In this document: piece by piece, positions 1-9,167 of the stretch | Layout: each line of letters begins with the position of its first letter | How positions within the stretch are numbered: the first letter of the stretch is position 1 | Notes under the pieces: model-generated | What the model saw: the letters and a program-made list of their open reading frames with translations, nothing else | Told to the model about the DNA's origin: nothing | Databases searched by the model: none | Source of the DNA: Dehalococcoidia bacterium | GTDB lineage: Bacteria; Chloroflexota; Dehalococcoidia; Lucifugimonadales; UBA3495 | DNA length: 64,000 nt | Direction of reading: 5' to 3' | NCBI GenBank assembly: GCA_034423195.1 | Contig: DAOUIZ010000037.1 | Span: forward strand, 9,218-73,217 | Position numbers and translations under genes: made by a program

Positions 1-1
1 C

Positions 2-694
2 AACCTGGAGAGCTACGGCCTCCTCACCGGCATCGCCGCCCAGCAGCAGCGGGAGAAGATTCTCAACCGCTTCACCCAGATGTACACCCCCACCATCGGC
101 TCCGACTTCGTCATGGACTACCTGGGTGACACGGGCCTCGAGGCCATGGCCGGCGCGGACATCCTCAAGGTGGCGCCGGAGAAATACTCCTCCACCGTTG
201 AGTACGCCGACACCACCATCGCCGCCAAGCTGAAGGGCATCGCCCAGATTCACCTGGCCGACGTGGGCACGCGCATCTTCTACTGCGACCACGGCAGCTT
301 CGACTCCCACGCCAACCAGCTTGGGATGCACGCCCAGCTCTGGACCGACGTTTCCAACGCCATCGGCGACTTCTTCGCCGACCTGCGGGAGCACGACGCC
401 GCCGACAACGTGGTGATGGTCCTGTTCTCCGAGTTCGGACGCCGCGTTCGGGACAACGGTTCCGGCACCGACCACGGCGCAGCCGGTCCGGCCTTTGCCA
501 TCGGCGATCCGGTCATCGGCGGTGAGTACAGCGAATACCCCTCCCGCAAGCCCGAGGACCTCACCCAGGGAGATCTCATGCCCAACCTGGACTTCCGCGG
601 CTTCTACTCCACCGTACTCGAGGACTGGCTGGGCCTGGACGCCGTCCCCATCGTCCACGGCAACTTCGAAAAGCCCCGCTTCCTGGGCACATAG
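2..694 (+). CDS. DUF1501 family protein (5'-partial)
   Basis: Frame is open from the window start. Motifs GSFDSHANQ and FSEFGRRVRDNGSGTDHG are typical of the DUF1501 C-terminus. Confidence 0.8.
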   Translation, partial: NLESYGLLTGIAAQQQREKILNRFTQMYTPTIGSDFVMDYLGDTGLEAMAGADILKVAPEKYSSTVEYADTTIAAKLKGIAQIHLADVGTRIFYCDHGSFDSHANQLGMHAQLWTDVSNAIGDFFADLREHDAADNVVMVLFSEFGRRVRDNGSGTDHGAAGPAFAIGDPVIGGEYSEYPSRKPEDLTQGDLMPNLDFRGFYSTVLEDWLGLDAVPIVHGNFEKPRFLGT

Positions 695-756
695 CTCTTC
701 TGTCGTCCCTTTCAGGGACAGGACCAGGCAAACATGACCAGGGAATCAGGAGCAAT

Positions 757-1806
757 ATGGTTACGCAGCTAGTTGCCGGAAGGGTCTTCGACTACGCCCG
801 CACCGTGGGACGCGGGGGCATCTCCGGCGCCGGTTTCAATTCCCCCGCCGACGTGGCCTTGGGTGACGGCGATTATGTCTACGTCCTCAACCGGGGCTGG
901 GAGTTCGTCACCAACGTGCCCTGGAACCGCACCGCCCGCGGCACCCGCATCAGCATCGTTTCCATCGGCGGCGAGGACGGGGACGAGGAGTTCGTTTCCG
1001 AGTTCAGCAAGTACGGCGACGGTGAAGGCGAGTTCATCTGGCCCGCCGGCATCGCCCTGGACCGCCAAAGCAACGTCTACGTCACCGACGAGTGGCTCAA
1101 CCGGGTCTCCGTTTTCGACCGCGACGGGAACCACCTGGCCGCCTGGGGTTCCTCCGGGGACGCTCCCGGAGAGTTCAATGGTCCCTCCGGCATCGCCCTG
1201 GACGCGGACGACAACGTCTACGTGGTGGACAGCCGCAACCATCGGATACAGCGGTTTTCCACCTCGGGCGAGTTCCAGGCCGCCTGGGGTGTTCACGGTG
1301 CGGAATTGGGGGAATTTGACGGCCCCTGGGGAATCACCCTGGACGGCGAGGGCAGCGTCTACGTCGCCGACCACAAGAACGACCGGGTGCAGAAACTGTC
1401 TCCCGACGGGGAACCCGTCACATCCTTCGGTTCTTCCGGCAGCGGGCGGGGCCGGCTGTCCCGCCCCTCCGGGGTCGCGGTGGACCCGGACGGAGACGTC
1501 TATGTGGCGGACTGGGCCAACAACCGCGTCCAGGTCTACGGCGGAGACGGAAAGTTCGTCACCACCTTCCGCGGCGACGCTCAGGAATTGAGCAAGTGGG
1601 CCAAAATGGTGGTGGACGTCAGCTCCGAGACCATCAAGCGCCGCCGCGAGGTCCGCAGCCTGGAACCCGAATGGAGGCTGGCCCTCCCCCGTTCCGTCGC
1701 CTTCGACGCTCGCCGCAACCGCATCCTCATCGCCGACACCCAGCGCAACCGCCTCCAGGTCTATGCCAAGCTCAAGGACTACTCCGAACCCCAGCGCAAC
1801 ATCTAG
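757..1806 (+). CDS. NHL-repeat beta-propeller protein
   Basis: Repeated F..P.GIA(L/V)D..G.(V/I)YV.D..N.R(V/I)Q.F units. RBS AGGAG upstream. Confidence 0.9.
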   Translation: MVTQLVAGRVFDYARTVGRGGISGAGFNSPADVALGDGDYVYVLNRGWEFVTNVPWNRTARGTRISIVSIGGEDGDEEFVSEFSKYGDGEGEFIWPAGIALDRQSNVYVTDEWLNRVSVFDRDGNHLAAWGSSGDAPGEFNGPSGIALDADDNVYVVDSRNHRIQRFSTSGEFQAAWGVHGAELGEFDGPWGITLDGEGSVYVADHKNDRVQKLSPDGEPVTSFGSSGSGRGRLSRPSGVAVDPDGDVYVADWANNRVQVYGGDGKFVTTFRGDAQELSKWAKMVVDVSSETIKRRREVRSLEPEWRLALPRSVAFDARRNRILIADTQRNRLQVYAKLKDYSEPQRNI

Positions 1807-1892
1807 GGTACGGGGCAATTTGAACGACCATCCATCACCCCACAATGGCGGGAGCTGTTAGCGATGGAATGCCGCGTTTGGGAAGATGGAGC

Positions 1893-2588
1893 ATGAGCAA
1901 GTACCTGGCGGTTGCTGCGATGCTTCTATTGATGGTTGCGTGCAGCGGCGCGGCCGCTCCCTCGCCAGAGCCCACGGCAACGCCGAGACCTACTCCTACC
2001 ACCCCGCCGGAACCAACGGCAACGCCGAGACCTACTCCCACGACCCCGCTGGAACCGGCGGCGTCACCGACTCCCATTCCCACGTTTGCGCCACCGGCCA
2101 AAGAAGCCGAGCGTCTCGCGGTCATAGTCGACCCTCGCCTGACAGCTATCAGGAAAAAGATGGAGTCAGTCGAGCCGGTCTGGACGGTATATTTTCATAG
2201 TGATGACTGGCAGACGCCTGGAAAAAAGACGTTGATGAATGACGTGTTCGAACTGGTGAAGCTGGAGAACGTCGCCACCCACGAGGGATACCGGGAAATC
2301 ACGCCGGAAATGGTCGTCACCATCGAACCCGACATCATCGTTGCGGACTCGCTAGAAAGCGTGGTGGGAAACCCCGAATTGGCGGGCCTGCACATGGTCA
2401 AGGAGACCGGCCATATCCCGCACCATATCTTCGTATTGAGCGAAGGTCTCTCCTTCAACTTGAACAACCCTCGTTTCATGGAAGCCGTGAAGGAATTGGC
2501 CGCTTTTGCCTACCCGGAGGCTTTCCCGGAAGAGGAAAAAGCTCAGGAGGGGCATACCCATCAAGAAGGGGAGAAACACTCCCACTAG
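1893..2588 (+). CDS. Lipoprotein with Pro/Thr linker and a BtuF/FhuD-like C-terminal lobe
   Basis: Signal MSKYLAVAAMLLLMVAC (lipobox MVAC), then PEPTATPRPTPTTP repeats, then TPGKKTLMNDVFELVKLENV...ITPEMVVTIEPDIIVA resembling the class III SBP C-lobe. His-rich tail. Confidence 0.6.
   Translation: MSKYLAVAAMLLLMVACSGAAAPSPEPTATPRPTPTTPPEPTATPRPTPTTPLEPAASPTPIPTFAPPAKEAERLAVIVDPRLTAIRKKMESVEPVWTVYFHSDDWQTPGKKTLMNDVFELVKLENVATHEGYREITPEMVVTIEPDIIVADSLESVVGNPELAGLHMVKETGHIPHHIFVLSEGLSFNLNNPRFMEAVKELAAFAYPEAFPEEEKAQEGHTHQEGEKHSH
1962..2055 (+). repeat. 42-bp intragenic tandem repeat (about 2 copies)
   Basis: CGGCAACGCCGAGACCTACTCC recurs at 42-bp spacing and encodes PEPTATPRPTPTTP twice. Confidence 0.85.
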
Positions 2589-2685
2589 CCGGCAAGGGCA
2601 TCGCTGGGGTGGCCGCCGAATGTCAAAACGCCGCGGCACATGACAAGCATCCCAGGCGCGCTTTTCCCCTTTCTTTGGAGCCATC

Positions 2686-3015
2686 ATGGACCCCAACCAG
2701 CAGGCCCGCTACCTCGCCTTGGCCTCCGCCAACCCTGATTGGCTCTGCTCCGACGTCCCAACGGAAATCCTGGAAGAATGTTCCTTCGCCGGCGACGAGC
2801 CCACCGGCTTTCTCAACGCCTTCTTCGCCGCCGGCCACGGCCAGTGGCTGCACCGCAACCACGGCATCCCCCCTTCGGCCGTCGAGCCGGAACGGATGCA
2901 GCGCGCCGCCCTCCTCCTCTGGATTCGCGCCTGCGAGCTATACACCAGCCACCTCTACCAGCGGCCCGGCCCCAACTGGGAGCAGCCCTTCTTCTCCGAC
3001 GAAGGACTCTACTAG
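2686..3015 (+). CDS. Hypothetical protein, 109 aa
   Basis: RBS GGAG before ATG and high GC3 codon usage. No recognisable family. Confidence 0.7.
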   Translation: MDPNQQARYLALASANPDWLCSDVPTEILEECSFAGDEPTGFLNAFFAAGHGQWLHRNHGIPPSAVEPERMQRAALLLWIRACELYTSHLYQRPGPNWEQPFFSDEGLY

Positions 3016-3386
3016 CCCTCCCGCCGTACATTCCTGCACTGCACCGTCCCCGTCACCCTCCCCGCCGGTTTGATGACGCCCGGCCCCTTCCCTGCAAAGT
3101 TCTGGGTGGACTATCATATTGGTAAGCCCATTGTTGCCGTTGCTGTCCCTCCCGCTGGGAACCCGCACTACTGGCCAGGAACACCATCCCTTCGGGAGAT
3201 GAAGCAAAATGTGGCAAAATGTGGCAGTATTTTTTCAGCTTGGTCCCCAGATACTGCCCTCAAATTTCCCCTAGCATGCCTTCCGAACTCGTTACTCGTG
3301 CGCCCTTTCCGCTTTTCTGCTAGAGTCCCTTGGGCGGGAACTCCAACGGGTCCCGCAGCCATCCAAATTCCGGGAGGAAACACCAG

Positions 3387-4100
3387 ATGCCATCCTTTAC
3401 CGATACCCTTACCGTCAACGGCGAGAGCATGGAGATGTACGCCAGCATCCCCAGCGGCCCCGGGCCGCATCCCGCCGTGGTCATCGCCTTCCACGTCGGC
3501 GGCGTTGACGAGTTCGACAAGGTCATGGCCGACCGCCTCGCCGAGGAAGGCTATGTCGCCGTCGTCCCCGACCTCTTCCACCGCTTCACCGACGAACAGC
3601 TTAACGGCCCTCGACTGGAGCGCCTCAACTACCTCAGCGACCCCGACATCATCGCCGACATGAACGCCGCCGTGGACTTCCTCAAGGGACAGTCCGCCGT
3701 GGACAGCGAACGGATTGGCGTTACCGGCTTCTGCATGGGCGGAAGGGTTACCTGGCTCATGGCCGCCGTCAACCCCATCTTCAAGTGCGCCGTCCCCTTC
3801 TACGGCGGCAGCATTATGTCGCCCTGGGGCGCCGCCGAAAAGTCTCCCTTCGACCTGACCGGCGGCATCAACTGCCCCATGCTCTTCCACTTCGGCGCCA
3901 CCGACGGCAACCCCTCTCCCGAGGACGAGGTCAAGCTGGATGCCGAGTTGACCCGGCTCGGCAAGGAGCACACCTTCCATTCCTACGAGGGCGCTGGCCA
4001 CGCCTTCATGGACTGGACCAACCCCGACCGCTACCACCAGGCCGCCGCCGAGGCCGCCTGGCCCCGCACACTGGAGTTCCTGGCCGCTCACCTCAAGTAA
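3387..4100 (+). CDS. Dienelactone hydrolase family protein
   Basis: Nucleophile motif GFCMGG and C-terminal YEGAGHAF. Start moved to ATG 3387 behind GGAGG. Confidence 0.9.
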   Translation: MPSFTDTLTVNGESMEMYASIPSGPGPHPAVVIAFHVGGVDEFDKVMADRLAEEGYVAVVPDLFHRFTDEQLNGPRLERLNYLSDPDIIADMNAAVDFLKGQSAVDSERIGVTGFCMGGRVTWLMAAVNPIFKCAVPFYGGSIMSPWGAAEKSPFDLTGGINCPMLFHFGATDGNPSPEDEVKLDAELTRLGKEHTFHSYEGAGHAFMDWTNPDRYHQAAAEAAWPRTLEFLAAHLK

Positions 4101-4131
4101 GCCCGGCCGGAGCAGTCCCCCTGGTATAGAT

Positions 4132-4156
4132 GGGCCGCCGGAAGGACCGGCGGCCC
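4132..4156. terminator. Perfect GC-rich hairpin, possible terminator
   Basis: GGGCCGCCGG-AAGGA-CCGGCGGCCC (10-bp stem). The U-tract is weak. Confidence 0.4.
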
Positions 4157-4205
4157 GCCTTCAGTCTCACCCCCCCGCTCTTATCCCCCAAAAAGGCAGG
4201 CCCCC

Positions 4206-5315
4206 ATGACCGGACGAATCAGGATGGCCCAGGAACTTGACCGGGTCCCGTCTATGACGGTGCCCCTGGACTCCCAGCAGGAGCTCCGGTTCCAGCGCTT
4301 GATGGAACGGATTATCCTCGTCGACTTGCACCAGCACCCCATGGTCCTGCCGGAGCGCATGGAGGAACTGACCGACTACCTGCGGACCGACGACTACCTC
4401 TGGGGCTACGAGGCCGTCAAGGCCGGCGGATGGACCGCCGTAGCCACCGCCAACTTCTTCCGGGGTCTGGTCGGCACCCCCGACCTGTCCATGGTCGAGT
4501 TCGACGATGTGGCCCAGGAAGTGGCGTTGATGCTCTCCGACCTCAACCGGCGGGATGACGTCGCCCGCATTTCCGGCCCGGACGACATTCTCGCCGCCAA
4601 GGAACGGGGCGTCGCCGGATTCTTCCCCACCCTCGAACACCTCGCCATCGGCAACGACCTCAACCGCCTCGACGTTCTGTACGGTATGGGGATTCGCCTG
4701 GCCGGCCTGACCTACAACCGCAAGAACTACATCGGCGACGGCCAGTTTGAACGGAACGACGGAGGGTTGAGCAATTTCGGCATCGCCGTCGTCGAGCGCA
4801 TGAACGACCTCGGCATGGTCATCGACGTTTCCCACGCCTCCTTCAACACCGCCATGGACGCCATCCGCTTCTCCCACGCTCCCATCGCCTTCAGCCACAA
4901 CGCCGCCTATTCCCTGCGTGCCGTCCCCCGCTGCCGCAACGACGAGGAACTGCTTGCCTGCGCCGAAAAGGGCGGGATCATCGCCGTCACCGCCGTTCCC
5001 AACTCCCTCAGCGACGACCCCAAGCAGGACATCGAGTGCGTCCTCGACCACTACGACTACATGGTCAACCTCGTCGGTGTGGACAGCGTCGGAATCGGCA
5101 CCGACACCAACGTCGGGAACCACGTGGACTTCCACCGGGTCGTCCTGGGACGCAGCCCGGAACAGCTCCCGGCTCCCTACCTGGACGGGCTGGAATCACC
5201 CCAGGACGGGATGAACATCGTCCGGGGACTTATCCGTCGCGGCTATTCCGACGAGGCCATCGAAAAGATAGCCGGCGGCAACGCCCTGGCCTTCCTGCGC
5301 CGGGTCATGGACTGA
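4206..5315 (+). CDS. Membrane dipeptidase (M19) family amidohydrolase
   Basis: DLHQH, LTYN, GGLSNFG..VVERMNDLGMVIDVSHAS, FSHN and GIGTD motifs. Confidence 0.88.
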   Translation: MTGRIRMAQELDRVPSMTVPLDSQQELRFQRLMERIILVDLHQHPMVLPERMEELTDYLRTDDYLWGYEAVKAGGWTAVATANFFRGLVGTPDLSMVEFDDVAQEVALMLSDLNRRDDVARISGPDDILAAKERGVAGFFPTLEHLAIGNDLNRLDVLYGMGIRLAGLTYNRKNYIGDGQFERNDGGLSNFGIAVVERMNDLGMVIDVSHASFNTAMDAIRFSHAPIAFSHNAAYSLRAVPRCRNDEELLACAEKGGIIAVTAVPNSLSDDPKQDIECVLDHYDYMVNLVGVDSVGIGTDTNVGNHVDFHRVVLGRSPEQLPAPYLDGLESPQDGMNIVRGLIRRGYSDEAIEKIAGGNALAFLRRVMD

Positions 5316-5345
5316 CCGGACCGGGGTAGAAAGGCCGGAGCCCCT

Positions 5346-5747
5346 CTAAACGTTTATCTCAATGCCCCGCGCTTCCGCTTCGGATACGCAATCAGGACAG
5401 AGAATTTCCAGGGACAGGCTGGTGGCCGTCCAGATGTTCGCGCTCTCGAACCCGCACAGGAACTGGGGGATCATTTCCTCGAATGACGACGCGAACAGGG
5501 CTTCGACGTAATGGACGCTCCCGGTGCGTTCTGCGTTGGCCCACCACCACGGGATGAACGTCCGCCCCATCTCGGCCGCCACCGCCGAGCTCATCCAACC
5601 TTTTTCCGGCATTTCCACCACCCACCCGCGCTCATTGGGGTCGGGATTGCGGTAAGCCTTCAACTCCCCATTGTGGATGCACTGCCGGATTTCCGATGTG
5701 GCGAGATGCAATCGCCGGGAGGCTTCCTGGATTGAAACCAGTTCCAT
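5346..5747 (-). CDS. Excisionase/MerR-like HTH protein with C-terminal Cys motif
   Basis: N-terminus MELVSIQEASRRLHLATSEIRQCIHNGELKA fits an HTH_17-like pattern. C-terminus has FLCG and LCPDC. RBS GGAAGG upstream. Confidence 0.6.
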   Translation of the reverse strand: MELVSIQEASRRLHLATSEIRQCIHNGELKAYRNPDPNERGWVVEMPEKGWMSSAVAAEMGRTFIPWWWANAERTGSVHYVEALFASSFEEMIPQFLCGFESANIWTATSLSLEILCPDCVSEAEARGIEINV

Positions 5748-5839
5748 GTTGGCGCCTTCCTCTTGGCTTGACGTGCGGTAACGGGATTCTACGGCCCGGC
5801 TCGGCCTTGATGATACCACTCCCAGGCAACTAAGCTGCT

Positions 5840-7081
5840 TCAGCCCCTCCGGTCGGCCAACAGCAGAAGCTCCAACAACACCTGCGCTCCATTGGCGCAT
5901 GACTCCGGCGTGGAATATTCCCCGGGGGAATGGCTGACGCCGTCCACGCTGGGGACGAATATCATCGCCGCGTCGGTGATGCCGGCCATGGACTGGGCGT
6001 CGTGGCCCGCCCCGCTGGGGACCCGCTGGTGGGATAGCCCGGCCCGCTCCGCCGCCGCCGCCACCAACTCCTGCATTTCTCCGCCGATGGGAGCGGACTG
6101 CGTGGCCTCGAACCTGGTTATGTCAATGCTCACTCCGTCCCGCGCGGCGATTCCTCCCGCCACGGAACGTATCTCCGCGTCGGCCGCTGCCAGGGATGCC
6201 ATGTCCAGGTCCCGGAACTCAAACCCCACTTTTACCTGTCCCGGGATGACGTTCACCGCCCCGGGATAAGCCTGGATGGTCCCCGCCGTGCCCACCCGGC
6301 ACACCTCCAGCTCCGACGCCATCCGCTGCACCTCCAGCACCAGGCGGGACGCGCTGACCAGGGCATCGTGCCGGCCCGACATCGGGGTCGTTCCTGCATG
6401 GTTGGGCGTCCCCACAATGTCGGCTTCGTAAACCCAGCGCCCGGTGATTCCGGTGACAACTCCGATGGGGATGCCCGACTGGTGCAGCGTCGGGCCCTGC
6501 TCGATGTGCAGTTCCAGGTAGGCGGCCAGCTCCCCCGGCTGCCGCGCCGCCCGCTGCACCCGGTCCATGTTCCCCTGGATGTCCGCCAGACGGGAGCTCA
6601 TCAACACCCCTTCGTCGTCCACCGCCGTCAGGTCGCCGGGTTCCAGCGTTCCCGCCATGGCCCGGCTCCCGAACAGCCAGCGGTGGAATCGGGTGCCCTC
6701 CTCATTGGTGAACACCAGCACTTCCACCGGATGCCGGAGGGATACACCGGCTTCGGACAGGGCCTGCACCACTTCGATGCCGCCCATCACGCCCAGGGCG
6801 CCGTCGTACTTACCCCCGTTGGGGACGGTGTCAATGTGCGACCCCATGGCGATGGCCGGCAGGGTGGGGTTGGAACCTTCCCGGCGGGCGATGATGTTCC
6901 CGCCCGGGTCGATACGCACTTCCATCCCGGCCCGCCGCATCAGGGACATGGTGTAGTCCCGCCCCGCCACGTCCGCCGGAGTGAAGGCGAGGCGCTGCAT
7001 ACCGTCCGGGGAGTCTCCGAAACGGCCTAACTCCTCCAGGGTTTGGTTCAGGCGTCGCGGGCTTATTGCGGCTTCAGCCAT
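5840..7081 (-). CDS. M20 Zn-dependent hydrolase (N-carbamoyl-amino-acid/allantoate amidohydrolase family)
   Basis: GSHIDTVPNGGKYDGALG, NEEG, ELHIEQG, HAGTTPM and SGAGHDA motifs. Confidence 0.92.
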   Translation of the reverse strand: MAEAAISPRRLNQTLEELGRFGDSPDGMQRLAFTPADVAGRDYTMSLMRRAGMEVRIDPGGNIIARREGSNPTLPAIAMGSHIDTVPNGGKYDGALGVMGGIEVVQALSEAGVSLRHPVEVLVFTNEEGTRFHRWLFGSRAMAGTLEPGDLTAVDDEGVLMSSRLADIQGNMDRVQRAARQPGELAAYLELHIEQGPTLHQSGIPIGVVTGITGRWVYEADIVGTPNHAGTTPMSGRHDALVSASRLVLEVQRMASELEVCRVGTAGTIQAYPGAVNVIPGQVKVGFEFRDLDMASLAAADAEIRSVAGGIAARDGVSIDITRFEATQSAPIGGEMQELVAAAAERAGLSHQRVPSGAGHDAQSMAGITDAAMIFVPSVDGVSHSPGEYSTPESCANGAQVLLELLLLADRRG

Positions 7082-7126
7082 CGGCCTTCCTTTCTTCCAG
7101 GGTCGGGTTGGTGTTACCGGATTGGG

Positions 7127-9109
7127 TCAGGTCTCGCTGCCCATGTAGTAGTCGTACTTCTGGAGCGCCCGCTCCACCACCTCGTCCGTGTCTTCCACCA
7201 GCATGTACCCCGCTTCGACCAGGCCCCCGATGGCGTCCTTGACCCGCTGTTCGTAGTCGTTCCGGTCGGCGTAGCGTTCCTCTATGGAAAGCCTTGGGTC
7301 GCCCGACTTCTCCCTCGCCTCCCTGGTCGCTGGGAAGGGAATCGTTGACCCGGCCAGGCCGCCGGTAATGCCGATGAACAGGTCTGTATTCCCGATGTCC
7401 GGGTGGCGCAGGTTCCAGCCGGTGTAGGTCGCTATGGGAACTTCCACGTCGGGGAGCCTGATTCCCCGTACCTCGTTGCAGTCGTCGTCCAGGTCGGACA
7501 CCAGGGCCGGATACGGTTCTCCCGCATCGGCTGGCAGGGTCGTCGCCCGGCCCGAGTGGACTTCCGGTCCGTAATCCAGGCGGAGGGCCTTTGGCGTTCT
7601 TTCCGGGACCGCCAGGCCCGGAATGCTCCGCAACCTGTCCAGCAGCGATTCGGACTCGACCGCTGTGCCCTCATCCAGGCTGGGATGGCGGCTTGCAGGA
7701 GGAAGTTCCCCGGTGCTCACCCAACGGTCCAGGTTGACCAGGGCAGCCCGGAGCAGAGGTGCGTAGTCCACGCTGTTGAACAGCTGCTGCCCCTTCGGAC
7801 CTTCTCCGACCCGTACTTCCAGCGGCGGGAACTCCCCGGAGCCGTGCTGCGTCCCGGCGAAATGGTAGCGTCTGACGTGCTCGGATTCGGCCGCGTCGGT
7901 CATGGTTTCCAGGTTGGTGTGGATCAGCGCCGCGTCGCCCCGCCAGTACTCGGCCGAGGTGTTCGTGAACATTATCCTGGGAACTTTCCCCCGGGCTTCC
8001 AGCGCATCGAGCATCGAACCGGCTTCACCCGTCACCGGGTCCCTCTGGGGCGTATCGGTGAATGGGAAGAACTCCGGCGTCAGGTAGCAGACGTCCATTG
8101 AAGGCTGGCCGAACCGGAGGTTGAACTCCCCCCGCATGGCGCCGCCGACGTGGGGAATGAACCCGTCCAGCGCGGTCCGTTCCTCCTCGTCCTCGTTGAG
8201 TCCCAGGTGGATCATCTGTCGCAGGAACCGCCCGCTCTGGGACCTGCCGAAGCCGTAGGCGTAGTCAATCTGGCCGGCACAGGGATTATCGCGGGGGTCG
8301 GTCTCGTACTTGAGGAAAGAGTTTATGTCACGTACCGAGGCGAAGCCGAGACCGACAATCCGGCTGACCGTTGTGTCGTAGACCAGTTCGTAGATGCGTC
8401 CCGGCTCGAACCCCGCCGGAAGGTAGATGTGGCTGGGCTGAGGCTCCTCGCTCTCGTCCTCCACCCGCACGAAGGACCACTGGTCCCGTTCGATGACCTG
8501 GCGGGCATCGTTGGGATGGTCCCTCACGGTAAGCGTCGCGGAAGGGTCGTCAATAACGGCGGCCGGGTTTCCAATGTGTCCCCGGTGGGAAAGGTGCAGG
8601 ACCGTTCCAGGTTCGTCGCACTGGAAAAACCCCATGATGCGCCCGTTGAGCGGCCCATCGGGCCCGGCCGCCTCCGGAGCCTGGAGCCCGATGAGTCCGG
8701 GAGTCGGGGGAACGTCCGCCTGCCAGCCGCACCATACCACCGTGTATCCATGACGCATCAGGAACCCGTTTCCCGGCAGCAGCGGCGCGGTCGGCTCTCC
8801 CGTTGGGACGTTGTTGAGGCTGAGGGCGGTCTTGCGTCCCCGGTTGACCACGTCGAAGAGGATGCGCCGGTTGCCCCGCTGGGGGTCAACCGGCTGCAGC
8901 ACGGCGAAATCGGCCCAGAACCGGACTGACCCGTCGGGATGCCTCGGGGCCAGGTCAAGGTCCGTTATAACAGTGTTCCGGGGATGGGACGGGTCGACGC
9001 CGAAGCTGGCTGTCCCCGTCAGCAGCCGGTATTCCCCCACGTCTCCGAAGGACTGGCCCTGGGCGAAGGTTGATTCTTCCGCGATATCCAGTTGCAGCAC
9101 CGGCGCCAT
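7127..9109 (-). CDS. Alpha/beta-hydrolase-domain protein (paralog 1)
   Basis: DVVNRG, GFLMRHGYTVVWCGWQ, G.SQSGRFLR, YHFAGTQH and GIRLPD motifs. RBS GGAGG before ATG 9109. Confidence 0.8.
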   Translation of the reverse strand: MAPVLQLDIAEESTFAQGQSFGDVGEYRLLTGTASFGVDPSHPRNTVITDLDLAPRHPDGSVRFWADFAVLQPVDPQRGNRRILFDVVNRGRKTALSLNNVPTGEPTAPLLPGNGFLMRHGYTVVWCGWQADVPPTPGLIGLQAPEAAGPDGPLNGRIMGFFQCDEPGTVLHLSHRGHIGNPAAVIDDPSATLTVRDHPNDARQVIERDQWSFVRVEDESEEPQPSHIYLPAGFEPGRIYELVYDTTVSRIVGLGFASVRDINSFLKYETDPRDNPCAGQIDYAYGFGRSQSGRFLRQMIHLGLNEDEEERTALDGFIPHVGGAMRGEFNLRFGQPSMDVCYLTPEFFPFTDTPQRDPVTGEAGSMLDALEARGKVPRIMFTNTSAEYWRGDAALIHTNLETMTDAAESEHVRRYHFAGTQHGSGEFPPLEVRVGEGPKGQQLFNSVDYAPLLRAALVNLDRWVSTGELPPASRHPSLDEGTAVESESLLDRLRSIPGLAVPERTPKALRLDYGPEVHSGRATTLPADAGEPYPALVSDLDDDCNEVRGIRLPDVEVPIATYTGWNLRHPDIGNTDLFIGITGGLAGSTIPFPATREAREKSGDPRLSIEERYADRNDYEQRVKDAIGGLVEAGYMLVEDTDEVVERALQKYDYYMGSET

Positions 9110-9167
9110 GTGGCCCTCCAAGGGAAAATTTCGTTAGCAGGGCAAATCGGATTGTGGGAAGCCGGCG

